Below, piece by piece: positions 34,839 to 44,800 of a DNA stretch of 64,000 bases; the stretch's first letter is position 1; each line of letters starts with the position of its first letter. This stretch comes from Veleropilina oligotropha (Eukaryota), in assembly GCA_048128005.1 (NCBI GenBank), contig JBEUKZ010000066.1, forward strand, positions 1 to 64,000, given 5' to 3'. The position numbers and the translations under genes are program-made. The notes beneath the pieces were generated by a model. It had not been told where the DNA came from, searched no databases, and saw only the letters and a list, made by a program, of their open reading frames with translations.

Positions 34839-36155
34839 ATGGCGGAATTCGAGAACCCCGCATTCGAGCCGGACGATCTCATCGACAACGATGATACCAT
34901 CATCGACGATACTGATGTGGATCTATCCACCGACCGGTTTATGCCTGTTCTTTCGGAACGGCCACAGGAAGGAACCAGCAGTCTTCAGCAAGAGCTCGTT
35001 CAGGGCGTGGTTGACGACTACTACAAAGCCCTGGCACAGGAGGGGCAGACCCCAGCCGCAGGGCGAGATTATTCAAAATTCAAGTATGTGAGGGGAAAAT
35101 TAGGGAGGGGGGGAAAATTGGTGATGACGGACTACCCCGACATCAATCTCATAAATTCTCGCACCGGCAACCCCTTGGCGTTATCAACAATAGCTGGCCG
35201 GCCTGGTGGGGGTGATGCCATCCGAGATCTGGGTTTTGTAAACTGGAAGCGGGTAGGGGGACGACAAAAGCCGTCCTCAAAAGCGGTTGCAGCTCTTCAG
35301 ACAGCCGACAACGAGTTGAGCGGTGCGGCCGCTAATGTCGAAAACGTAGAACTGCGGGACTTGGGGCAGACTGCTACTGATGCCTCGGTAGCAATCCACA
35401 CGATGGAGACGAAATTCACTGATACCGAGGTTGAAGAGATCTTAGGCACAATGGGGGACCCTCCATTAAATCTTCGCGAGCTTCGCGGACTTGACAAGGC
35501 GATGCAGACCATCCGAGGCGAACTAACCAACAATCTAGCCAAACTAACGGCGCTGGACGAACACATAGAGCTGGAGAAGATGAAGCTCGATCAGGCAGAT
35601 GAAGAGGGCAGTGTGGATGAGTTCATCCGTCGACGGATCGCGGAACGTCTGCGCGACCTGAATGATGAAAGAGCAGCTCGCCTAGAGGCAGCATCATCAA
35701 GCCGGGAGGCCCTTCGCTCTCAAATCAGCCGGATCCGAGAGATGATAAGTCGGATCCTGAACACCGACACAACGCTGGCCGAGCGTATCCGGACCCTGTT
35801 CCGCGAGCAAGGGGTCACGATCGCAACAATACTCACCGCTATCGGGCTCGCCATCTCGACTTTGGTACTAGCCCTGACAGGTGGAGCAACAAGCCCGCCA
35901 ACGCCACCACCACCTCCCAGTGGTCAGGGCGGGGTCAAGGAGTGGGTAAAAAAGCAGCTGAAGACCCTGGGTCGGATTCTGGGCAAGCTAGCAGGGAAGG
36001 CCGCAGCCGTGCTCCCAGGAATACTTGGAAGCCTGGTCTCCTGGCTAATCAACCTGATTGGCAAGACAGCATCGTGGCTCGCTGAAAACCTATGGGCACT
36101 GGTCATATCAGTTGGGGGCTTGCTTCTTATTGCCGCTAGACAGTGGGTCACGTAA
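34839..36155 (+). CDS. Coiled-coil membrane protein (438 aa)
   Basis: Acidic N-terminus, long heptad-like region, TM (IATILTAIGLAISTLVLAL), poly-Pro linker, amphipathic helix and C-terminal TM. Confidence 0.85.
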   Translation: MAEFENPAFEPDDLIDNDDTIIDDTDVDLSTDRFMPVLSERPQEGTSSLQQELVQGVVDDYYKALAQEGQTPAAGRDYSKFKYVRGKLGRGGKLVMTDYPDINLINSRTGNPLALSTIAGRPGGGDAIRDLGFVNWKRVGGRQKPSSKAVAALQTADNELSGAAANVENVELRDLGQTATDASVAIHTMETKFTDTEVEEILGTMGDPPLNLRELRGLDKAMQTIRGELTNNLAKLTALDEHIELEKMKLDQADEEGSVDEFIRRRIAERLRDLNDERAARLEAASSSREALRSQISRIREMISRILNTDTTLAERIRTLFREQGVTIATILTAIGLAISTLVLALTGGATSPPTPPPPPSGQGGVKEWVKKQLKTLGRILGKLAGKAAAVLPGILGSLVSWLINLIGKTASWLAENLWALVISVGGLLLIAARQWVT

Positions 36156-37431
36156 GCCAAATGAACGCTAGGCCAACGACAATGCCGCCCACGATAAGTG
36201 CGGTTTTCTCCTCGTCATGTGCCGCTGGAACAGCCGCCACTGAGGCCACAGCTGGCAGAGAGCTTGGATGCTTCGGAGTAACTACCGGTATGCTTGCATC
36301 TGCGTCTTGTGGAATAACCAGTCCTGTTTCTCCAGTATCCCCAGTGGCGTTGGGCGGCACAGGATTGGCCGCGTTCACCGTAGTATTAAGACCGAGTGTC
36401 TGGTCTTCCGTGGCGACGACGATCTCATTGTTATAACCAGCCACCTGCCCGATCCGTAGAAGCATGTTACTTGGCGCCATGTACAGGCCAACGCCGAATA
36501 CGAAGTCCACTTTGGACCTCGCATACTGGAGCACCTCTTGGTACCGTTTGATGGCTGCTGGGAGGTCAACGGGGGATGCGATGGCGTCTTCCACGTTCGC
36601 CAGGAACTGTTTCTGTGCGTCAAACGCGGTACCACTACCCAGAATACTTGCACGCGTTTGAGCCTGCGCTCCAAGAATAGCCCAGACGTAGGTCCTGATG
36701 GAATCATTGAGCCTTTCCACGCCGGCCCTCGTGAATCCCACCGACCTGTCCAGAATAAAAGTAGCCCAACCGTTTTTAAGTGCAGGCGCTTGCGCGATGT
36801 AGTCCACGTGCAGATTCGTGTTGGTCGTACCTTTGGTGAAGGACATTCGGCTTGGATCATAGTCACGTCCGATGGGGTGGTAGCCGTTGTTCGTCCAGTA
36901 GCTGTAAGCGGTGCCTAGTCCGCCGTTGGGACCCTTGACACGCCAGTCGGTATGGGGAGACACCCCAAATTCGCTGCAGATCTTCTCATATGCCCTGCGG
37001 TCATACGGGTTGTCGAATGCATCCCACGTCCGGTCCTGTGGCAGCGGCGCCTGAATTTCGGATAAGATTCGTCTGACCTGATAGTAGACGTGGAAGGTGA
37101 ATACAGCAGTGGAGAGGGGGTCGGTCGCATTTAAGTGGTCTTCTGAGGAGATTCCGGAACCTGTTGTGGCACACCAAACTGCGAAATTGACCTTGTTCTG
37201 CCAGAACCTCATCGGCGTGCTGTTCCAATCCCTTATCAGCCCGTCACTAGCGACATGAGGGAGGCGGTATTTCTGAAAGACGTCAGGGTATGTTGCCCCG
37301 AATGTAGTGGTTGAGCTATTACCCACATTGATGCTTGGTCTCGTAAGCTGCTCATCTTTGATCTTTGCTGGGTACACCACACCGGTCGGATAGGCCGCAC
37401 TCCTATTAAACGCAAAGGCGCTCTTAGCCAT
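36148..37431 (-). CDS. Hypothetical virion-type protein with C-terminal membrane anchor (427 aa)
   Basis: Long intact ORF; globular region, Pro/Ala/Thr-rich stalk, TM ALIVGGIVVGLAFIWL. Confidence 0.85.
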   Translation of the reverse strand: MAKSAFAFNRSAAYPTGVVYPAKIKDEQLTRPSINVGNSSTTTFGATYPDVFQKYRLPHVASDGLIRDWNSTPMRFWQNKVNFAVWCATTGSGISSEDHLNATDPLSTAVFTFHVYYQVRRILSEIQAPLPQDRTWDAFDNPYDRRAYEKICSEFGVSPHTDWRVKGPNGGLGTAYSYWTNNGYHPIGRDYDPSRMSFTKGTTNTNLHVDYIAQAPALKNGWATFILDRSVGFTRAGVERLNDSIRTYVWAILGAQAQTRASILGSGTAFDAQKQFLANVEDAIASPVDLPAAIKRYQEVLQYARSKVDFVFGVGLYMAPSNMLLRIGQVAGYNNEIVVATEDQTLGLNTTVNAANPVPPNATGDTGETGLVIPQDADASIPVVTPKHPSSLPAVASVAAVPAAHDEEKTALIVGGIVVGLAFIWLT

Positions 37432-37438
37432 AGCTACT

Positions 37439-38179
37439 ATGTTTCACACATTAACAAACGTTCAAGAGGGGACCGCGGTTGCCCTCCTGGAGCCGATTGA
37501 TAACCGGGACGGCAAGCTATGTGTCAGCTTGCAGTCGCTCGACTATTGGGTAGGCTGGCACAACGTGCATGCCGGAGCCTTCTTTAAGACACCGGATACC
37601 ACGGTCGACGTGGCACCAGGTTTCTACAGCTTCGATGACCTCGCCAAGACGATGAAGAGGTCGCTAGTTAACCTACAACTAGATGTAAGCCATGCTACAG
37701 GGCTCGCCCGAATCGTGGTCCCAGAGGGGACTCGACTCGCGATAAGCGACGATATACGAAAACTCCTCGGCTTAGACCTCTCTTCGTTTATTCACGATAA
37801 AGCAGGGAATCTGAACCAACCGGTTCGGGGAGTACAGGGCCAACCACCTCCCCCTCCGGAGAGATCCGAGTGGCTACGCCCTGGGACTTATGACGGGAAT
37901 AAGCCTGTCGGGTTTGCCATAGCGCCAACCCTGCACGTCCACCTGGAGCAGCTTAGTACAACGCACAATGTGAAGGACGGCGCCCCGAGCACTATTCTCG
38001 CGGTGGTCCCTATCACGTCGCAGATGTTCGGTGAAGCTGGCCACTATCATAGCTATCCCGCCGGCCGGCGACTACAGGCCGGGCTAATCACAGAGTTGAA
38101 GGTGTACGTCACAGACGCAGACAGTAACCCGATCGACAATCACGGCATGCCCATTACCGCAGTCCTTGCGATACAATGA
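37439..38179 (+). CDS. Probable minor capsid (penton-like single jelly-roll) protein (246 aa)
   Basis: Beta-rich; C-terminal STILAVVPI...ITELKVYVTDADSNPIDNHG resembles Polinton minor capsid endings. Confidence 0.65.
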   Translation: MFHTLTNVQEGTAVALLEPIDNRDGKLCVSLQSLDYWVGWHNVHAGAFFKTPDTTVDVAPGFYSFDDLAKTMKRSLVNLQLDVSHATGLARIVVPEGTRLAISDDIRKLLGLDLSSFIHDKAGNLNQPVRGVQGQPPPPPERSEWLRPGTYDGNKPVGFAIAPTLHVHLEQLSTTHNVKDGAPSTILAVVPITSQMFGEAGHYHSYPAGRRLQAGLITELKVYVTDADSNPIDNHGMPITAVLAIQ

Positions 38180-38538
38180 GCAGCATCTACGGGACCCTCC
38201 CCCTACCCCTGCTTGCAGACGAGCCCTCTTCCCCCCCGACCCGGTGGCACTTTGTCCTTAATTGTGGGGTAGCGCCCAATAAGGGGCTGGCGAGGAGGGA
38301 GTTCATGTTTCCAAACACTAGAGGTCGGTTCGGGTTGAACCCAGCCCTTCTAATGATCCACCTGACGCCGGTCCAGCCGGCAGGGGGCCCCAAGGCATGT
38401 TCCATAAGTAAACTCAGCCTGGATTCGGATAAGTTAACCCTCGCCTTTGTCGTCAAGGCCCCGTGGGTCGGCACTCTGTATTTGAACGTTACAGTAGACA
38501 TTTTAAACAAACAGGCGGAACAATACAGCCACGTATGA
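38176..38538 (+). CDS. Hypothetical viral protein (120 aa)
   Basis: ATGA overlaps with both neighbouring genes. Confidence 0.7.
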   Translation: MSSIYGTLPLPLLADEPSSPPTRWHFVLNCGVAPNKGLARREFMFPNTRGRFGLNPALLMIHLTPVQPAGGPKACSISKLSLDSDKLTLAFVVKAPWVGTLYLNVTVDILNKQAEQYSHV

Positions 38539-39170
38539 TGGACAACAAACCCTCAGCGCCAACGCTGTACCCACAGCTTGGTGGCGATGTGCCTTCGGAA
38601 CTGCATGAGGCACAGTCTTTCCGACTACAGAAAGTGAATGAGCTTCAGGGACAGCTAGAGCGAGAACGGGACACACGGGCTGCATTATATAAAAAGTACC
38701 GACGAGGTGTTAACGTCGTTGACGGGATAGATAACGGGCTAGTCGTCGCCACACTTGGTATGGGTAGCGCTGGAATTGGTCTACTGTCCACAATTGTAGC
38801 CGCCCCGGTCGTCCTAGTGCTGGAACTAGCGGCATTAGGGTGTGGGCTCGCTAGTATGGGTGGAAAGTATATCAGCCGGCGCCTCGGGGTGAAGGCTAAG
38901 AAACACGACGAGATTCGAGTCCTGGCCGACAGCAAGCTGAATACCATAACCGACCACGTCTCAAAGGCATTATCGGACGGGGTGATGTCTGATGATGAAT
39001 TCCAACTGGTCACAGGGGAGATGGAGAAATACCAAGCCATGAAGGCATCAATCCGGGATAAGAGTAGGAAGGCGCACACCGCGATTTCACAGACCCAAAG
39101 CGAGCTTATTGAGCGAGGTCGTTTAGAGGGTCGCGCAGAGCTGCTGAAAAAAATCGGAGCTGGCGACTAA
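38535..39170 (+). CDS. Helical membrane-hairpin protein with N-terminal PSAP and LYPQL motifs (211 aa)
   Basis: First ATG at 38535; MMDNKPSAPTLYPQL; coiled coil, Gly-rich hydrophobic hairpin, coiled coil. Confidence 0.85.
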   Translation: MMDNKPSAPTLYPQLGGDVPSELHEAQSFRLQKVNELQGQLERERDTRAALYKKYRRGVNVVDGIDNGLVVATLGMGSAGIGLLSTIVAAPVVLVLELAALGCGLASMGGKYISRRLGVKAKKHDEIRVLADSKLNTITDHVSKALSDGVMSDDEFQLVTGEMEKYQAMKASIRDKSRKAHTAISQTQSELIERGRLEGRAELLKKIGAGD

Positions 39171-39252
39171 CTATCCAGGTTGAGCGTAGCCACGACTACC
39201 CCGCTCCTCCCCCGTATTAAAGCTAGAAATCGACAGTGATATCTGGACAGCC

Positions 39253-39666
39253 ATGAAATCCATGAAATCTATGCTACTGTGCATTGTCGCGGTGTGCTTT
39301 GCCGCGTGGGGTACCACCCAAGCGTCGTCGCGTGACACTGCATTAATTCTCGAACACACGTGGGCTAGGTACCGCAACGACCCCCTGTATAACCCCCGAT
39401 TCGATCACTTGCGAAGAAACTTGCTACGAGACCCACCTCCAGTGCGGGCACCGTCATGTCACTATTTCATTACCGATGGAGAGAACGATTGTGGCCCAGA
39501 TCCTAATATCGTTGTGTGTATTGAGTGCGCTGAGCCGTCCTTATGTCACGGTAAACGTGGGCATTATTTCTCCATGTTATCTGGCTGCTTCGGTATGTGG
39601 AGAAAAGTCGGACACATCTCACCCTGTAATTGTACTTTAATATCGGGTAACTATATATTCATATAA
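39253..39666 (+). CDS. Putative secreted Cys-rich protein (137 aa)
   Basis: Signal-peptide-like N-terminus (MKSMLLCIVAVCFAAWGTTQA) and multiple Cys in the C-terminal half. Confidence 0.6.
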   Translation: MKSMKSMLLCIVAVCFAAWGTTQASSRDTALILEHTWARYRNDPLYNPRFDHLRRNLLRDPPPVRAPSCHYFITDGENDCGPDPNIVVCIECAEPSLCHGKRGHYFSMLSGCFGMWRKVGHISPCNCTLISGNYIFI

Positions 39667-40330
39667 AACAGCTGCTTAGGAAATATCTTGCCTTACAATA
39701 TGTCACAGCTGTTTATATAAATATTTTCCAGGTCGACGACAGCGACCTTTGTCCGATTTATGAATGAAATACCTCGCAGTACATGTATCAATGGCCAGCC
39801 GGCTGTCTATGGTTCGCTTCGCGATCTCGGGGATTCCCCCTGCCAGCAATGAATTGAAAACAAGAAACAATAGACGCCTAATAGCCTAATGAGTTTCTCA
39901 GCGGGTATGAATAGATATTCTTCTATTATCAAGACATGCCAAATCCGGGTATTTAAAATACCTCGGCCGCGTATTGTTTCCCCGAGCTCACAAGCCGCTT
40001 ATCTGTCTGGCTGGTTAACCCAGCTAAAAACAGATTTTGTCAAACGTAGTACAGAAATTGCAAGCTGTCGATAGCTTTTGGTGACCCAGTAAAAAAAGGT
40101 TTGACCCAGTGAACAGTATCTGCTCCATTTAAAATTATTTTGTCCAGAAACGGGTCATCGCTCCAGTTACAAAGTTTTGGTCCAGATGTTTACATCTGGA
40201 CAGTTTATTCTCTAAATGGAAATTCTACATGGTAACAATGAGTCAGCAATATAAAGTCTACACGGGCTATGAATACACCATTGACACATAGACTATATCG
40301 GCGCCTCCACTACAGCTATAACGTTACGCT

Positions 40331-40525
40331 CTGTACACACGGTAACTTTTTGTAATACACGATATACCCTGGGGTCTGAAAGGGTGCTGGGAGCCTTAAT
40401 TTCCCTCGCCGCGCCCCTAGTCTAACTCCCTAGCCCTCCACAGTAATACCAGCTCAGTTCTGAAATGGTGCTGGGAGCCTTATTTTCCCATTCTAAAAAG
40501 TCCAATCACCCCCCCCCCTGCTGCT
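40331..40525 (-). repeat. Right terminal inverted repeat
   Basis: Ends ...cccctgctgct, followed by TSD gctta. Confidence 0.97.
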
Positions 40526-41905
40526 GCTTACAACAAACACGGACACTCGTGAAAGACTAACACAACAAATAATTTGATAGGAATATATGCCGTGTTGTGA
40601 AATTTCGCCTATATTATGAGTTTTGGTTCACAAATCCTTTAACGGGGCTTTAGTAATGACTGATAGTTTTACGAAGTCAGATCCTAGGATTCATACACCT
40701 GCGAAGCAGAGCAATCATTAAAAGTGAATTGAGAGAGGCATTCTTACACAAGCAGCCAATATATAGAGTAAGAAAGACGGCTTCCCGTTTATTTGCAAAC
40801 AGGTACTACTTATAACGCTTTCGTACATATACCCTAAAGTGGATTGGTCTTATTACCATATAACTTGAAAATATCAAGCAGTGCATTGGGAATATTGGAA
40901 ATTGACTTCAATATGAAAAGAAAGCATCTCACATTTGTTATTCCTATGTACATGCAATAATGTCTCTTGGATTCATTCATGAAAAATAACAAATTGGTCT
41001 ATTAAAAAGATAACTAAGGTCTCTCTGTATCTTCAAAAGGTAAAGATTTCATGTCCTGTTTCACATGCTATACACCTGCTTCAGAATTGCCTCATCTGGT
41101 TACTGGAATGGTCTACTAGGGAATCTCAGACTAAGAGTTTTGCAACCAAGATGCCAATGGTGCCGCACACTCACAACTTATCTGTCGCTGCCAACCATTA
41201 CCCAATCAGATCAGCTGGATGAACCAAGGTACATAATTATATGCTAACAGATATTCTTTGCACCATGGAATTCAATATGCCCATTCCCTAACATTAAGTT
41301 GTGACACCATACATTTTATCAACTTAACTTCCAAAAATAACATTGTTAACCAACAATATACTTCATTTTTGATATATTTATTTATATACCATTAATCTTC
41401 AAACCAGGTATAGACAGGCAGCTTTACAGTACAGTTAAATATCTGCTAATACTATAGATATTTGCATTATAACTGTACAAATTATTTAAATAAAAATTCT
41501 AGAAATAAAAGTATTCACAAACAATATGACTTCACACTGTCACTATGTACACAACACATTATTTACTGTACTCTTTGTATATATATATACACCTACAAAA
41601 TAATATGTACATGCATGTGTTGTCATATTTAAAGCAAGCAACAACTACATGTTAATCTGTGTATCCATAGGTTTATCAAGCTTCTAAACTCTCCTACAGC
41701 AGAATAGTGCAATTGTAGCTGATTATTAAATAAATGGTAATTGTGAAGGCACGTTCATAATTTTACAGTGAAATACCAGTGTGTAGATATAGAAAACAAC
41801 AATAGAGCATAAATATAATATGCTATAATAATAATATAAATATTATAGTACAATTCGAAAATCATTATTATATCGTTTTTTATTTGTACAGGATTATGTC
41901 ACACG

Positions 41906-42124
41906 TCAATACACTTGCTGCAGGCTGCTGAATATCCTGGCCTGTGTGACGCGTCGCTGTGAGCTCGTGACATTCAGCCTCTTCTCTCGCTCCTGCTCCT
42001 GGTTGCGATGGAGGATCTGGCTGATGCAGTACTCGGACTCCTGCCCGCATTCCGTCAGCCGCAGGTCCATCTGCGTGATCGTGTGGTTGTCATCCATCCC
42101 CTCCTGGAGCTGTTTTCCTCCTTC
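41906..42124 (-). CDS. TCTE1: TCTE1/DRC5 last coding exon
   Basis: ttgcag acceptor, phase 0; EGGKQLQEGMDDNHTITQMDLRLTECGQESEYCISQIL continues the LRR; TGA at 41906-41908. Confidence 0.88.
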   Translation of the reverse strand, partial: EGGKQLQEGMDDNHTITQMDLRLTECGQESEYCISQILHRNQEQEREKRLNVTSSQRRVTQARIFSSLQQVY

Positions 42125-43740
42125 CTGCAATGAAAAATATTTTGAATATATAGTAAATAGGAAGATTAAGTAATTTTGATTAATTGCAATCATGTCATTA
42201 TCTTACTACTCACTGCTGAGTGCTATATGTCAAGCTTGTACAAATGCACTGTTTCCTGACCTGCTAGCTCAATGTTGCACAGTAGAATCTAACATTATTT
42301 TAATTTAAAATTTATGCAGTATTTTATATAACAGCATGACTTTAATAAATGGATATTATATGGTTACTTCTCGAAAAACAATCATCGCTTTCATATGCAA
42401 CGATGCTACAAAAGCCCATAAATCATCTGAAAATAATATCTTTGGCCAAGGACAGTACATGGTGTTACATTCCAGATTCCAATTTCAATGACTAATGGTT
42501 TAGTACAGTTTTAGCAATGTATCTTCATATATATACAGCCTTCATTGCTTGATATGTGATGGCTCATGAAATATATCTTTTTGTCCCAGCAGCAAATGAG
42601 TATATTTTATTAGAAGTATACTATATCTACAACAGCTCTGATGTTTGTTATATAATATGGATCATTTGACCAGACCTCTATGGTCAAATAATTATGCATT
42701 TCAAATAGTGTCAATCATCTACCATGGTCAATTATACGTCCAGGATAACAAGCAGCATTTATGTGTCTGCTTTTAGCGTTTGTGACATTCTGAAGTTGTA
42801 ATCAGCAAGCTGTCATTTCTAATTGACATAAAGCCAAAGCGATATTGAAACTATCTGCAAGATTAACGGTATAATGACACCACAAACAACGATGACTAAC
42901 TGGAATTCACCAATGCCATAAAATACTTCACGATAGATGGATATTGCCTCCAGTTGAAACAGAATACAGAACATGTGGGTGCCGAGGGAGCTAAAGAAGA
43001 TTTACACGAAATAAGCCGGTTAAGGCGAGATTAATGATTATTGGAAAACAAGAAATTGGTAATGAAAGATATGAAATCAGCATTTTCACAGGGTACAAGT
43101 TGCCAAACACTATTTCAGAATCATTACTTTTGTTAAGGAAAATTACTGTTCATAAAATTACTTTGTCACCTTGTATATTCTAATTTTGCTTTATTGGGCT
43201 CCACACGAGTCTAAATTTAAGTCTTTACTGCTGAATGCGGGGTCTCTAGATAAATAAATAATTTTTTTCAGTGAATTAGTCACTTAGAGTTAGCTTCATT
43301 TGACAAAAAAAGGAAAGAAAAGGATCGATGCTTAATATCCTGTATATATTTACAACCATGTCATTTGACAAAATGTTAACAATTATATCATTTTCTCGGC
43401 ACCTAGATCAAACTAACACCAAATTCAGCAGAAAATCTCAAGTCACAATACCAAATTTGTGAAGATATCTGGGAGAAAATGGTAAGCAACAAACACACAT
43501 ACATATTAATTTTAATCATTTTTATTTCTACAGTCACATTTTAAGAATTTTTCAGTTGTATTGTAGCGGGAATCTCCATTTAATGTCTCCATTTGAAGGT
43601 TAGGTAACATGCTTTTGGGTCATCCTTTCTGAGATCTAAAGTAGCATTAAACATCATAGTACCAGTACGACACACTTGCTGCAAGATTTGAATGTTCAAA
43701 TCAAATCAAATAAGTTTTATTTAGTCTCGGCATATTTACA

Positions 43741-43997
43741 GTGGCCGCTTCGGTAGCGCAGTGGGTAGAGTGTCCACTCTAAATTCACTGGCTTGTTTCT
43801 GCTGACGCGAACAGTAGTGGGATCGACCCCCGGCTGAGGCAGCACACATTTGTTCAAGTTATGAAGCACAGTTGTCCGTGACTGGCCGAAGAGGGCGGGT
43901 TTACCCGGTGACCGGGGTTTCCTCCCGCGATAACACGGACATGTGCTGCCTTGAACCTCGATGTTATAAACATACAGGACATTAAGCATAATTCCTC
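43741..43997 (+). mobile_element. tRNA-derived SINE with 15-bp TSD
   Basis: A box tagcgcagtgg, B-box-like gggatcgaccc; ctcggcatatttaca at 43726-43740 and 43998-44012. Confidence 0.88.
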
Positions 43998-44644
43998 CTC
44001 GGCATATTTACAAACAAGAAACACTAGCTCAAGAGCTAATTGCATCAATCTATAGTACTAAAAATAAATCAAATAAATACATAGTAAAACAATTAAGATG
44101 AAGTTAAGATTATAATACAGTAAAATCACAATACATTTGTGCACATTCGGGCGAAATATTATATACATGCAGCGCACCGACAGGTGTCCGGTCCATTCCA
44201 AGCTCTAATAACTTTTGTTCATTGATTGAATGAAGAACCCCAAGATGCAAAATCTGTGATATACAACAAAACTTTGACGAGATCGACTAATTTATCAACT
44301 CTTAATACTCAGTCTATTGCCTGTAACCTTGCAGCAAGATTTGTAAAGAGTTTCTCATATTGATCAACATAAGGAAGCTGCAGGCTTTTCATCAGTTAAT
44401 TGAATGCTTTGAAGTTATGGTACATTACTGAATGTCCCCAGCAGCTGTATGGGGGACGCACGTCCAAGTCCAACCACTGACCACCTAAATCTGACCAACT
44501 GTATGGATCAATAAAATAATCAATAATTTCAGTTGACAGTCTGTCGTTTATCATGACTAATCCCTAGAAGTCATGGGCATATCCAGATAAACAGAAAAAT
44601 ATGCTTCTAGATGGGAAGGATTAATATATAAAGGTTCATTTGAT

Positions 44645-44800
44645 ATATAGAGGATCTCAAACGAGTGTCCATTTCATATGAGAATTATGAAACGAGTCGG
44701 GCACAATTTATGTACCGAGCCTTGACGAGGTACATAAATTTGCTGACGAGTTTCATAATTCTCATATGAAATGGAAACAAGTTTGATATCTTCTTTATCA
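44645..44800. repeat. ~150-bp imperfect hairpin (end of a non-autonomous DNA element)
   Basis: ccatttcatatgagaattatgaaacgagtc inverted against gacgagtttcataattctcatatgaaatgg, inner stem aatttatgtacc/ggtacataaatt. Confidence 0.75.

Larger units (their letters stand above)
25285..40525. mobile_element. Endogenous Polinton/Maverick-like virus, 15,241 bp, apparently intact
   Basis: ~193-bp TIRs, AG...CT termini, GCTTA TSD (25280-25284, 40526-40530), abrupt GC rise, intronless ORFs for integrase, packaging ATPase, PolB-like protein and capsid-like proteins. Confidence 0.95.

Noticed and set aside
25595..39377. Many overlapping alternative-frame and antisense ORFs inside the viral element
   Set aside because: Expected shadows in GC-rich coding DNA; the chosen set tiles the element and carries the motifs
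25285..40525. Element as a Helitron (Pif1 helicase) or as prophage/bacterial contamination
   Set aside because: No HUH Rep motifs; TIRs, TSD, rve integrase and A32-like ATPase fit a Polinton-like virus, and both junctions join host-like DNA cleanly
43741..43850. Functional tRNA gene
   Set aside because: No convincing cloverleaf; continues into a SINE body and is flanked by a TSD
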